64,000 nucleotides of DNA from Dehalococcoidia bacterium (lineage in GTDB: Bacteria > Chloroflexota > Dehalococcoidia > Plut-88900). How positions within the stretch are numbered: the stretch's first letter is position 1; every line of letters begins with the position of its first letter. The notes under the pieces were generated by a model. It was not told the DNA's origin. It worked only from the letters and a program-made list of their open reading frames with translations, and made no database searches. The translations under genes were made by a program, and so were the position numbers. Where the stretch lies: the NCBI GenBank assembly GCA_965207225.1, contig CBDBLV010000005.1, positions 128,001-192,000 of the forward strand, given 5' to 3'. This document shows positions 20,205 to 29,648 of the stretch, one piece after another.

Positions 20205-20637
20205 CGCTAACGTCCCCATCTACGCAGCTGGCGGGGACCATCCCCTCAAGGAGCCATGCGCCCAGATTCTCCGCACGGTGGCCGAGGACCCGAGGCCCTT
20301 CGTAACCGACTCTGAGGTCCTCCAGGAACTGCTGCACCGCTACTTGGCCTTAAGTCGCTGGGAGTTGGGCCGGGAGGTTCTTAGGGCCTTCGCCGAGGCC
20401 ATGCAGGGCCGGATCGAACCTGTCCATTCGGAAGACATACTTGATGCATCTAAGCTAGCGGATCGTCATCCTACTGTCAGTGCCCGCGACCTGGTGCACG
20501 CCGCGGTGATGCAACGGGTGGGAGCCGACCGCATCATTTCGGCTGACACCGACTTTGACCAATTGGAGGGTATTGACAGACTTGACCCTACAAGTGTTAG
20601 TCAAATGGAGACACCAAGTAAGGAGAAACAGCAATGA
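20182..20637 (+). CDS. vapC: VapC/PIN-domain toxin
   Basis: FLDANVPIY, EVLQELL, RDLVHAA and SADTDFD motifs. Confidence 0.9.
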   Translation: MSPAVFLDANVPIYAAGGDHPLKEPCAQILRTVAEDPRPFVTDSEVLQELLHRYLALSRWELGREVLRAFAEAMQGRIEPVHSEDILDASKLADRHPTVSARDLVHAAVMQRVGADRIISADTDFDQLEGIDRLDPTSVSQMETPSKEKQQ

Positions 20638-20828
20638 CGGCCGAAGACAGAATGGCGCGGCTTGAAGGGATAGTCAACGAGTTGCAGAATCGAGTCACTG
20701 AGCTAGAGGAGCTTCTTGGGGTTGGTCCCTCAGGCTTCAACCCGAATCTCGATGAAATAGTCTACGAGGCGCTTCTACTCGGTAATAGACGTGGCATGGA
20801 ACTCCCTCCGCATGAGCACAGACGGTAG
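20634..20828 (+). CDS. Small coiled-coil hypothetical protein
   Basis: RBS AAGGAG, ATGA overlap with vapC, heptad pattern. Confidence 0.55.
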   Translation: MTAEDRMARLEGIVNELQNRVTELEELLGVGPSGFNPNLDEIVYEALLLGNRRGMELPPHEHRR

Positions 20829-21608
20829 GAAGAGGCTTTACGTCTTGTTCATCACTGTACGGAGAGGATGAGTCCGATAGAGCCGATGAGTGCACGAGGT
20901 TGTGTAGGGTGAGCCATGCCCAACAGCTCCCAACTGTTTGCTTCATCCGCTCTGCACATTCGTGATCGACGGTTCTCTAGCCAGCTCCCGGCGAACGGCG
21001 GCAACCCATTCCCGGTCAACACTCAGAGCCTCTCCTACCGCATTATCGATTCGTTGACGCACCGGGTCCTCGTGCACATGCGGGAATGGCAGAAGCACTT
21101 TCTCGCTCTCCTCGTCGAATCGGCTGTTTAGCAACTCTGCCTCAGCCTTCCCCAGGTCGGAGAAGTCAGGCACGGGCAAAGACCGCAAGGTGTCCAGGGA
21201 GAAGGACGGATACGACGGCACGCGATTGTCGCGTTCTCCGAGCAAGGCCAGGATGCCAAGCGTGGAGTTGAGCCACATGCACAGTGCCTTGGCGATGTCA
21301 GGATCTTTGGGTCTGCATGGCGTCCAGATAGACCCCACCGCCCGTTCCGGGAGCATCACCGCGGCCACCCGCGCGAGGTTCAGCCTAAGCCTATGTGCGA
21401 GCAGCAGGTCGCTCCGCTGTTCCCAGTAGCTATCGGCTAGATGGCGGCGTGGAGCTTTCGGCTCAATGTACACGTCGGTTTCTGTGCGCATGGACTGCGT
21501 TACGCCCGTCTTGTGATGCCAGAGCGCACGACGGCCTTGGGCAGTTGGCATGGACTGATAAGTGTAAGCGTCACGTATTCGTTGTCCGGCAGGGCCTACC
21601 TCCGCTAG

Positions 21609-22832
21609 CAGGGCAATCGCATCTTATTGAGCAAGGACCTTGAGTAGGTAGTCATTGTCCCAGGCGGCGTCTTTTCGCTTACCTGCGAGGCTGCGCTTTG
21701 TGGACTTTTCGGCCTTGAGCAGATTCAGAGCCATGCGGCGCAGCACGGAGAAGTTCTCGGCCCCGTTCCCGCTACGCACCCGGCTCCCGTCCTCATTGAA
21801 CGTCACGTCCAGCGACCAGTGCAACTGGTTTTCTATACTCCAGTGACTGCGCACCGCGCTGAGTAAGGCACTCGCATCGTTGGGCAGGCTCGATATGTAG
21901 TAGCGCGACTCCATCGTCGTCTTGTCTCCTATGCGTCGCTCACCTTCCACCATCGCCAGCGTAGTCAGCCCCGGCCATCGCCTGTACTCATCGACGTATC
22001 TGACGTTGCCGAGGTCAGACACCGTCCAGCAGCGGCGCGTCTCGACTCGTCCATGACCAGCATCCACCGTCTCGTGGTAGTCGTGGTCTATGTCGTCGAA
22101 GCAGGAGTTGCGGATGAGGTCGAAGACATCGACCACTCCCTCGTGCAGGAGTACCTGGTTTCTCTTGACCGCCAGCACGTAGTCGGCTTCCTCCTCCAGT
22201 ATCTTCGATGCAATCTCCCTCTGGCAGCCCATGGCATCTATCGTCACGATGCATCCCTCGACCGCGAGCATCTCAAGCAACCGGGGTATCGCCGTGATCT
22301 CGTTGGAGCGTCGGTCCACACTGGTCTGCCCGAGCGTCACGCCGCTCGCACAGGCCCAAGCACTGACCATGTGGATAGCGCCCTTCCCTACGTATCGATC
22401 GTGCGAGCGTCGCACCGCCTTGCCGTCTATGGCCACCACATCACCTTGCAGAACCTCACTGACTGCCAGCACCCACTCGGTGAAACAGCGCTCGAACTGC
22501 TCAGCGTCCAGCTTGGCGAACACCCTGCCGAAGGTGTCGTGCGAGGGAATGCCGTTGGGCAGTTCCAGCATACTGCGCAACCATCCTTCCTTGCGCCTGC
22601 CGAACGCTTCCACGTCTACCCAACTGTCCGCTCCCGCTATGGCGCCGCAGAGCGCAATAGTAAGAATGTCGATCAACTCGTGGCGTTTGGTTCGGTCTAT
22701 ACGCGGGTCATCGAGGCTGCTAAAATGCTCCGTAAGCGAAGCAGGGCTACTATTGTCCATCGGCCAATCTCCTCACTGAGACTGACCCCAATTTTATACT
22801 CTGCCTAAACTAATTTAGATGCAATTGCCCTG
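21609..22832 (-). mobile_element. ISAs1-family insertion sequence
   Basis: Terminal IRs CAGGGCAATCGCATC / GATGCAATTGCCCTG; 10-bp TSD CCTCCGCTAG at 21599-21608 and 22833-22842. Confidence 0.95.
21624..22760 (-). CDS. ISAs1 DDE transposase
   Basis: DPR, GIPSHDTF, AIDGK, SNEITAIP, TIDAMGCQ, HGRVETR and HWSIENQLHWSLDV motifs. Confidence 0.96.
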   Translation of the reverse strand: MDNSSPASLTEHFSSLDDPRIDRTKRHELIDILTIALCGAIAGADSWVDVEAFGRRKEGWLRSMLELPNGIPSHDTFGRVFAKLDAEQFERCFTEWVLAVSEVLQGDVVAIDGKAVRRSHDRYVGKGAIHMVSAWACASGVTLGQTSVDRRSNEITAIPRLLEMLAVEGCIVTIDAMGCQREIASKILEEEADYVLAVKRNQVLLHEGVVDVFDLIRNSCFDDIDHDYHETVDAGHGRVETRRCWTVSDLGNVRYVDEYRRWPGLTTLAMVEGERRIGDKTTMESRYYISSLPNDASALLSAVRSHWSIENQLHWSLDVTFNEDGSRVRSGNGAENFSVLRRMALNLLKAEKSTKRSLAGKRKDAAWDNDYLLKVLAQ

Positions 22833-24913
22833 CCTCCGCTAGTTTGCTCAGTGGCACGATGGGGACCCCGCCGATGGACTCCCCTTCGCTGAGCGTTCGG
22901 TAGCCTTCCACCAAGAACGGCGAGAGGAAGTTGACAGCGAACCAGTCGCCTCGGCCGATGCGTTCGGAATCGACCCGCTGGACGGTGAAGTCGTAGGAGT
23001 CTTGGCTGCCAGCATCGTCTGTGCGTTCAATCCTCGCGGCGGTGTCTAGGGCCGCCAAGGGAGTCGCCGGATTCCGGGCCAGATTGACCACCCGCGTCCG
23101 TGGCTTAGGCGCGTCCTGCTTCCACCGGCGGCAGACCAGGAGAATCTCCCCGATGCTGGTGTTCTCGGAGAAGAAGATGCGGCTCGGGTCATGGGAGGAG
23201 ACGATGGTGTCAATGTGGAAGCGCCGGGCGAGGTACTGGCGTGTCTGCCGCGCCGCCGGATTTGTTGCCATGACTGTGGGCAGAATAGTGGCAAACGTCG
23301 TCGCTTCTGAATCGCTGCGCAGCAGCTTGTCTCCTAGAACCATAAACGCATTAGCAGAACCTGAGAGACGGGCAGCTTCCCTGTAGGGTTGGCCTTCCAT
23401 GATTTCCTTCTCCCGCCGTTTGATGGTCTGTTCGTCCTTACGGGTGAATTGGTCATGGCGCAGGCTGTCGCGGGTGAAGGGCGGGTTCATGATCACCAGG
23501 TCCATGGGCGGCGGAGGTTCCACCATGCCCACTTCACTCTCCACCTGCTGTGTGACGGACGGCCAGGCGGCGAGACGAGCCTGACTGTGAAGGAAATCCA
23601 GCGAGCCCAGATAGGGCTGACCGTCAAACACGCCCAACAGCGCCCGGTGGATGTTCATGCGGCTGAACTGGGTAGTGGGAGAAAGCATCCCAAGCGTGCT
23701 GGCGGCCATGTGGGTAGCCGTCAGGTTGACGTCGTAGCCCCAAAGGACATCTTCGACCAATAGCAGACCAAGAGCTTCCTCATCCTCAGCGTCGCCACGC
23801 CCTGAGGCAATTCGCAGGTCTCGAATCCGTTCTGAGACCGCCATGAGCAGGGTTCCGGTGCCGCAGGCGGGATCACAGATGCGCAGGGAAGCAACGTAGT
23901 TTGGGTCCGACCAGTCCCCGTCCGTGTCCCGTAGGGCAAGTGAGGAAAGGAGTGCTGCTGCTGCGGTGGATGTGTAGAAGGAGCCGTCGTACCGGGCGGT
24001 GTCCAGCACCCGGTGGAAGATGCGGCCCAGCAAGTCATGGCGCAGACCGGCGACCTGTTCAGAGATTCTCGCGACCGTCCTCGCCAGACCGCTTACCGCC
24101 TGGCCCATGTCAGGGTCCGACGATAGTGCCGAAAGTGCTGTCCTGCCCGTCTCGAACACGGGGCGGTAGTCCACGGCCAGGATGCCGCGCCAAGCTTCAT
24201 GAAAAGCGCTCAGGGGCGATTCCTGGTCCGCGCAAGCCGCCGCGCTGTCCGGCGGCCATGCCCCATCGAAGCCCTCCGGTGGTTTGGCAGGAAGATGGTT
24301 CTGGACCCGGTGGTGAAACAGCATGGCAGTTGCGACAACGAGCATGCCGCGCTTTGCAGCTACGAAATAGCTCTCACCGTCGCCGCGACCCTGTGCCTTG
24401 GTGGGAGGAAGGTCAAGTGCATAGGCCAATGCCCGGCGCACAGGAGATCTCATCCTCTGGACGACCGAGTCCAGGCCCTCGGAGAGCAGTTGCGCAGCAG
24501 CGTCCGCTCCACTGAGGGACCGTGGAGCCTGCCGGACCGCCTGCGCAAGCTGCGTTACATCGCCGGTAGCCCACTCACCCGGAGGTGCGCCCGGCGTCAG
24601 CCGGAGAGTCCAGGTGAGCGTTGCACTCGGCAGGTTCGCCTCGGTCACATCGTCGGGATAACAGACGGCAAACACCACCGTCGTCAGCTTCTGACGCAGA
24701 CGGGCATCGGCGTCCTTGATGGCCTGTGCTTTGCGGTGAAATCCGGTCTCCGCTTCGAGCACGACCCTTAGCCCATCCACATTCGCCACCACATCGATTC
24801 GCCTGCGCCCGGCGCGACGCTCGAAGTCCGACGGAACCCCCAAGCCGGTGAGGAGGTGGGCTAAGGCTCTGTTCTGGAAGTCCTCCTGCTTCTGCATAGC
24901 ACTCAACTCTGAG

Positions 24914-25324
24914 TTACCTATCCACTTCGAAGGGGTTGAGCAAGCCCACACCGAACTCCGCGAAATCACTGACGTTGCGGGTGACCACCACGAGCCTGTG
25001 GACCGTTGCCGTTGCCGCAATCATGGCGTCCTCGCTCAAGGTTTCCGACCTGTGGTGCATGAGCCGCGCCCATTCACGAAAGGCGGCTGCGTCCATCGGC
25101 AATACGCCGTAGGAGCCCAGGACCTTGTCCAGCCACGCTTCCAACTCCACGGCCTTTGCGTCATCCTGTTCACGGGTGATTTCGATGCCTACCTGAATCT
25201 CTCCAATCGTGACGGCGGACAAGAAGAGATTCTCCGCCGGCACGTCTGCGAGCCAGTCCAAGACGCCGCCGTGTGGACGGGGACGGCGCAACTCGGAGAC
25301 CACGTTGGTGTCGAGAAGGTACAT
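24914..25324 (-). CDS. vapC: VapC/PIN-domain toxin (TA pair 3)
   Basis: YLLDTNVVSEL, DAMIAATA and VTRNVSDF motifs. Confidence 0.92.
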   Translation of the reverse strand: MYLLDTNVVSELRRPRPHGGVLDWLADVPAENLFLSAVTIGEIQVGIEITREQDDAKAVELEAWLDKVLGSYGVLPMDAAAFREWARLMHHRSETLSEDAMIAATATVHRLVVVTRNVSDFAEFGVGLLNPFEVDR

Positions 25325-25329
25325 GGCAC

Positions 25330-25590
25330 TCACTCCATCGCCAAGGGTGCGCGGCGTCGGCGATGCTGACGAGGTGGAGTGAGGCTGTCGGTGCGTGCTT
25401 CGGATGCGAGAAGGAGTTCCTTCAGATCGGGCTTGCTCATGCGCTCCATCCTGCGCCACTGCGCGATGGGGAGGAGCACGGCTGTCTCGACACCACGTTT
25501 GGTGACGATCTGTGGCCCCTCGGCAAGGGCAGTATCCAGGAGTTCGCTGAACCGCATCTTGGCGTCATGGACAGGCCATTTCTTGCTCAT
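25330..25590 (-). CDS. Phd/YefM-family antitoxin
   Basis: WPVHDAKMRFSELLD..GPQIVTKRG. Confidence 0.9.
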   Translation of the reverse strand: MSKKWPVHDAKMRFSELLDTALAEGPQIVTKRGVETAVLLPIAQWRRMERMSKPDLKELLLASEARTDSLTPPRQHRRRRAPLAME

Positions 25591-25731
25591 GTCCGACCTC
25601 CTCCGTTATGCTAATGACTAGCTATAAGTCTAGGTATAGTGACTGGGAACGTCAACCCGTCCTCGGTGGTGATCATCTGTACTGCCATGTGCCGGTTACC
25701 CACCAGGGTGCTGAATCGTTACGCTCGTACT

Positions 25732-27429
25732 ATGGCCCTTACCGACCAACAGCTACTCGAAGCCCTCAGCCGGATGCCCTTCGTCGACTCGACGGAGCTG
25801 GCGCTCATCCTGGGCGAGCCGCACGCGACCGTCCACCGCCGGCTATCCGAGTTGCTGGATGACGGCATCGTGGGGAGAGTCACCCACGGCACCGTGCACC
25901 TGCCGTCGAGCGGGAGACACTGCCTGACGGCCAGTGGCATCAGAGAGGCCGCCGACTTCCTGGACTTCGACACGCCCTCGGACTTCGTGCGGGCCTACCC
26001 CATGTCCAGGGAGTGGCTTGCGCTGCTCATTCGCCGGATGGACGCGGTGGCCACCGTCTACCGCCTGGCCGCCACCATGTCCCCCGGCATCGGCGGGCAA
26101 CGCTCCCGCGTGGAGTTTCACCGCAGGGGGCGCTTCGACGCCACCATCACCCTTCACGACGGCCGAGACTTCGGCATCGTGCGCCAGGGTCTTGCGCTAC
26201 GGCGCCGTTCTCTCTACGACCGGCTGAGGGCCATAGCGCAGTACGACTACGAGCGACGCCCCGGAACCGTCCTGATCCTAGTGCCCAGCGCATGGGAGCT
26301 GCGGAGGACGGGGAGGTTCTGCATCGTCAACGGTCTGCATGACTGCTACGTCGCCGTGGAGTCCCGGGACACGCTGGAGAGCCGTGACCTGCGCCTCTGG
26401 TGCGAACTATCGGGGCTGACCGGACTCACCTATCACACGCTGGAGGGCACCATCGCTCAGGCCAGCCCCGGCGGAGGGGCTGCCGCCCAGTCGCCGGACC
26501 GCAAACGGGCGTCCATACCCAACCCCGAGCGGATGGCGCAGGATGCCCCGGCCTTCGGCCTCAGCCCTGCCGAGAAGCGGACGCTGGACCTCGTCACCGA
26601 CCACCCGATGATCCCCCGCGAGCACCTTGCCGTCTGGCTCAGCGTCTCCGAGGGAAGACTCAGCCAGATGATGCGCAGCCTGGTGAAGACCTGGGGCCTC
26701 GTGGAACAGCAAGGAAAGCGTAGCGACAGGCGTTACACCCTGTCCGCCGAGGGCATTCGCTACGTCACGCACAGGGACCGCGCCGAGCTTCCCACCACGC
26801 GAGGCATCTGGAGCACGGAGTTGACGACGGACAAAGAGGGACGCACCCGTCACGTGGGACACCGCATCGAGACGTGGGCGAGGCAGACGAGGCACGCCGA
26901 CGGCATCACCTGGTTCCTCTCGAAGCTGGCAGCGGAGGCCCGCACCGACCCCGACAGCAAGCTTCTGTGGTCCGTACCTACGGCCCGTTCCGACCGCACC
27001 TACAACTGGGGGGCTTCGGCCATCGCCCCCGACGCAATCGGGCGGATGACCACAGACGGCATTCGGATACCCTTCTACTTCGAGTACGAGTTGCGCGCCC
27101 GCCACCCCAGGGGAGTCCGTGCCCGCCTGAGACCCTACACGATGTACTACCACTCTCAGGAGCCTGGTGACGACCTGCCGCCGTTCCCCTTCACGCTGTT
27201 CGTCGTTGACACCGAGGAGGTCGAGACAACCTACGCCCGCACCGCCGCCGGCATGACCCTGATGACCGTGCCGGTCCTGGTGTCCTGCATGTCCGTCCTG
27301 TCAACCAACGGAATACTCGGCCCGTCATGGCGTCCGTTGTGGGAGCCTGAGTCTCCCCGACTGCCTCTGTCAGCCCTGCGCAACTACCAGTGGGATTCCC
27401 TGCACCACACGATGCGCCCTGTCCGATAG
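25732..27429 (+). CDS. Replication-relaxation (Replic_Relax-like) protein, duplicated wHTH-nuclease architecture
   Basis: APDAIG..FYFEYELRA..RLRPY..Y..LFVV; paralog of 6303-8348 (YP[V/M]S..W..LL..RMDAVA..YR). Confidence 0.65.
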   Translation: MALTDQQLLEALSRMPFVDSTELALILGEPHATVHRRLSELLDDGIVGRVTHGTVHLPSSGRHCLTASGIREAADFLDFDTPSDFVRAYPMSREWLALLIRRMDAVATVYRLAATMSPGIGGQRSRVEFHRRGRFDATITLHDGRDFGIVRQGLALRRRSLYDRLRAIAQYDYERRPGTVLILVPSAWELRRTGRFCIVNGLHDCYVAVESRDTLESRDLRLWCELSGLTGLTYHTLEGTIAQASPGGGAAAQSPDRKRASIPNPERMAQDAPAFGLSPAEKRTLDLVTDHPMIPREHLAVWLSVSEGRLSQMMRSLVKTWGLVEQQGKRSDRRYTLSAEGIRYVTHRDRAELPTTRGIWSTELTTDKEGRTRHVGHRIETWARQTRHADGITWFLSKLAAEARTDPDSKLLWSVPTARSDRTYNWGASAIAPDAIGRMTTDGIRIPFYFEYELRARHPRGVRARLRPYTMYYHSQEPGDDLPPFPFTLFVVDTEEVETTYARTAAGMTLMTVPVLVSCMSVLSTNGILGPSWRPLWEPESPRLPLSALRNYQWDSLHHTMRPVR

Positions 27430-27713
27430 GGGGACTATCCTGTAGGGGAATAGATTAGCGACGATACGTCGCTATCTGCCCTCCGTGCGGTCTGGGGGTA
27501 CAAAACTGGCATATCCGGCCTGATTTCGAGGGGATTCGGGGGGATTTCAGGGGCCGACTCACCTCTGATTCAGCTACAAAATGGGGTTTGACGTGTCGCC
27601 TGACCGGTCAGGGACACAAATGAGACTATGCGCTAAAATAACGGGCAGCGGAATTGCACTCTTATCACCCCTTGTCCAGGGGTGACGTATCAGCCGATTA
27701 GAGGTGAAAACCG

Positions 27714-28178
27714 ATGGACGAACCCGTTAGGTGGGTGACGAAGGCGGAGGCCGCGGAGGAACTGGAGATATCCCTCTCTACCCTTGACCGGATGATCCGG
27801 CGAGGAGAGGTCGAGGTTCGCAGGGAGGGTCGTCGGGTCTACGTGCGGATGCACGGTCCGGAGTACCTGAGCGACGAGGAGCTGCTGCATCGGTCCATCG
27901 CCAGGGAGAGAGAGCTTGAGCGGACCGTGCGGGAGTTGGATCAGAGCGTGTCGGAGTGGAAGCTCAGAGCCTCCGAGCTGGAGCGTGAGCGGGACGAGGC
28001 CAGGGAGTCGGCGGCCACCGCCAGAGGGCCGTACGTGAAGCTTCAAATAGAGCACCGGAAAGAGGTCTCCGCCCACAGGACGACGAAATGGATGCTCAAC
28101 GTCTTCAGTTTGGTCGCCTTCGTGCTGCTGGCGCTGCTGATCGGCAGCAACCTCCTGTGGTGGTTCGTGCTGAGGTAG
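27714..28178 (+). CDS. Excisionase-type HTH + coiled coil + C-terminal transmembrane helix
   Basis: WVTKAEAAEELEISLSTLDRMIRRG (HTH_17/MerR-like), hydrophobic C-terminus, RBS GAGGTG. Confidence 0.75.
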   Translation: MDEPVRWVTKAEAAEELEISLSTLDRMIRRGEVEVRREGRRVYVRMHGPEYLSDEELLHRSIARERELERTVRELDQSVSEWKLRASELERERDEARESAATARGPYVKLQIEHRKEVSAHRTTKWMLNVFSLVAFVLLALLIGSNLLWWFVLR

Positions 28179-28371
28179 GGTCAGAGGCGCTCCCCGCAGT
28201 GTGGCCCAGTTTTGCATCTAGGGCCTGTTTCTCGCCGGAACACGGCCTTTCATCGAAGTGTTCACTGGAGTTGCCCGGCACGCCCCGAAATCGGCCACTT
28301 TGCATAGCTGAAGTGGCGTAGGATGTCCGCTTCTCCCCCAGGTCCCGTTTTCGCGTACTCCCCCGCCACTT

Positions 28372-28720
28372 CGGTCGGCGCCAAATGAATGGGCCAACCT
28401 GGGCCATCGTCCCCGGCGGTCAGGAGGCCACGGGAGACAGGCTTCAAGACCCCGAGCCACCGCCAGCGTACCCCGCCGCGCGGTTGACTTGTCACCGTAC
28501 AGAGGTCCCGGCCAGCACCGCGTCAGCACCCCTTCCGAGGGACAGAGAGCGCCGTTCGCGCCGCGTCCTGCACCCCCCGTCCATCGCCTTATGCGCCCCG
28601 TCTTCCGTCGCTACCACCGATTTCCCGTCCTATCGTGCCCCCCACCGTTGAGCGGATTTTGAGCCGGATGACCTGAACGCACTCTTTCAACGAAGTGTTC
28701 ACCGGTTACGTCCTATAGAG
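28372..28720 (+). repeat. ~350-bp non-coding block duplicated within element B
   Basis: Homologous to 32732-32808 plus 35059-35330 (second copy split by IS21). Confidence 0.75.
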
Positions 28721-28853
28721 GGTCTTTTGCGCCTATTTCAGCTTTGCCGCGACCGGCTTGTCGTTACCCAAGATCTTTGAGCCAGGTTACCCACGAACAT
28801 TGAGCCACCCTGAACGCCGATGATACGGATTATGACAGGATGCTATCGGCGGT

Positions 28854-29648
28854 TCAATCACCTCCCTTCTTGCCGAGGATTTTGGCCACTTTGCCCAGTA
28901 GGGCGCGGTGAGGAGAGAGCCTCTCCCGGTAGCTGGTGCCCTCGATGACGATCTGGTAGCTGGTGTTGGCCAGACGGTCCAGGGCGCTGTTGCCCAGGAT
29001 GGGATCGTTGAAGAGGCCGAGCCACTCCTCGATGGCGCGGTTGGAGGTGATGACGAAGCTGGAGGCCCGATGCTTGCCGACGATGAGCTGGTAGAGGTCC
29101 GATGACTGTTGTGCGTTGAGACGGTGCAGGCCCAGGTCGTCGAGGATGAGCAGGTCGGGGGAGAGGAAGGAGCGGAAGGCTTTGTCCACCGAGTTGTCCA
29201 CCCTGGCTTGGGACATGGCTTTGAAGAAGTCGTATGCGTGGATGAAGCGGACGGAGTATCCGGCTCTGACGGCGGCGTAGCCGAGGGCCTGGGCCAGGAA
29301 GCTCTTGCCGACGCCCGCCGGTCCCATGAGCAGGACGTGCTCGTGCCTGGGGATGAAGTCCAGGGAGAAGGCGGCGTCAAGGAGGCGGCGGTCCAGGGTG
29401 ATTTCGGACGTCCAGTCGAAGTCCTCCAGGCGGCAGGTCTCCTCGAAGCCGGCCCGGTTCAGGCGGGTCTCGATGCGCCGGTTCTCCCTGCGGCTGACCT
29501 CGTCGGCTAGGATGATCTCCAGGAAGGCGGCATAGTCCAACTGGTCCCTTCGGGCCAGGGCGATGCGCTCGGGCAGGGTGTCCAGCATGCCGCTGAGCTT
29601 GAGGGTCTTGAGCAGCGGGGCCAGATCGACGTTGCGGTTGCGGGTCAT
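28854..29648 (-). CDS. istB: IS21 helper ATPase
   Basis: GPAGVGKS Walker A, LILDDLG, ITSN, ALDRL and GTSYR. Confidence 0.95.
   Translation of the reverse strand: MTRNRNVDLAPLLKTLKLSGMLDTLPERIALARRDQLDYAAFLEIILADEVSRRENRRIETRLNRAGFEETCRLEDFDWTSEITLDRRLLDAAFSLDFIPRHEHVLLMGPAGVGKSFLAQALGYAAVRAGYSVRFIHAYDFFKAMSQARVDNSVDKAFRSFLSPDLLILDDLGLHRLNAQQSSDLYQLIVGKHRASSFVITSNRAIEEWLGLFNDPILGNSALDRLANTSYQIVIEGTSYRERLSPHRALLGKVAKILGKKGGD

Larger units (their letters stand above)
20943..24897 (-). pseudogene. Type IIG-like restriction-modification / N6-adenine methyltransferase gene interrupted by ISAs1
   Basis: IDV..VLEAE nuclease-like N-terminus, GSFYT, DPACGTG and MNPPF. Removing the IS and one TSD joins 24897-22833 in frame to 21598-20943 (906 aa). 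Confidence 0.85.

Noticed and set aside
25699-25708. CCCACCAGGG resembling the att core just upstream of the second Replic_Relax gene
   Set aside because: It has no flanking arm matching either attP palindrome. The 17318 site explains both element ends exactly, so this is probably chance.
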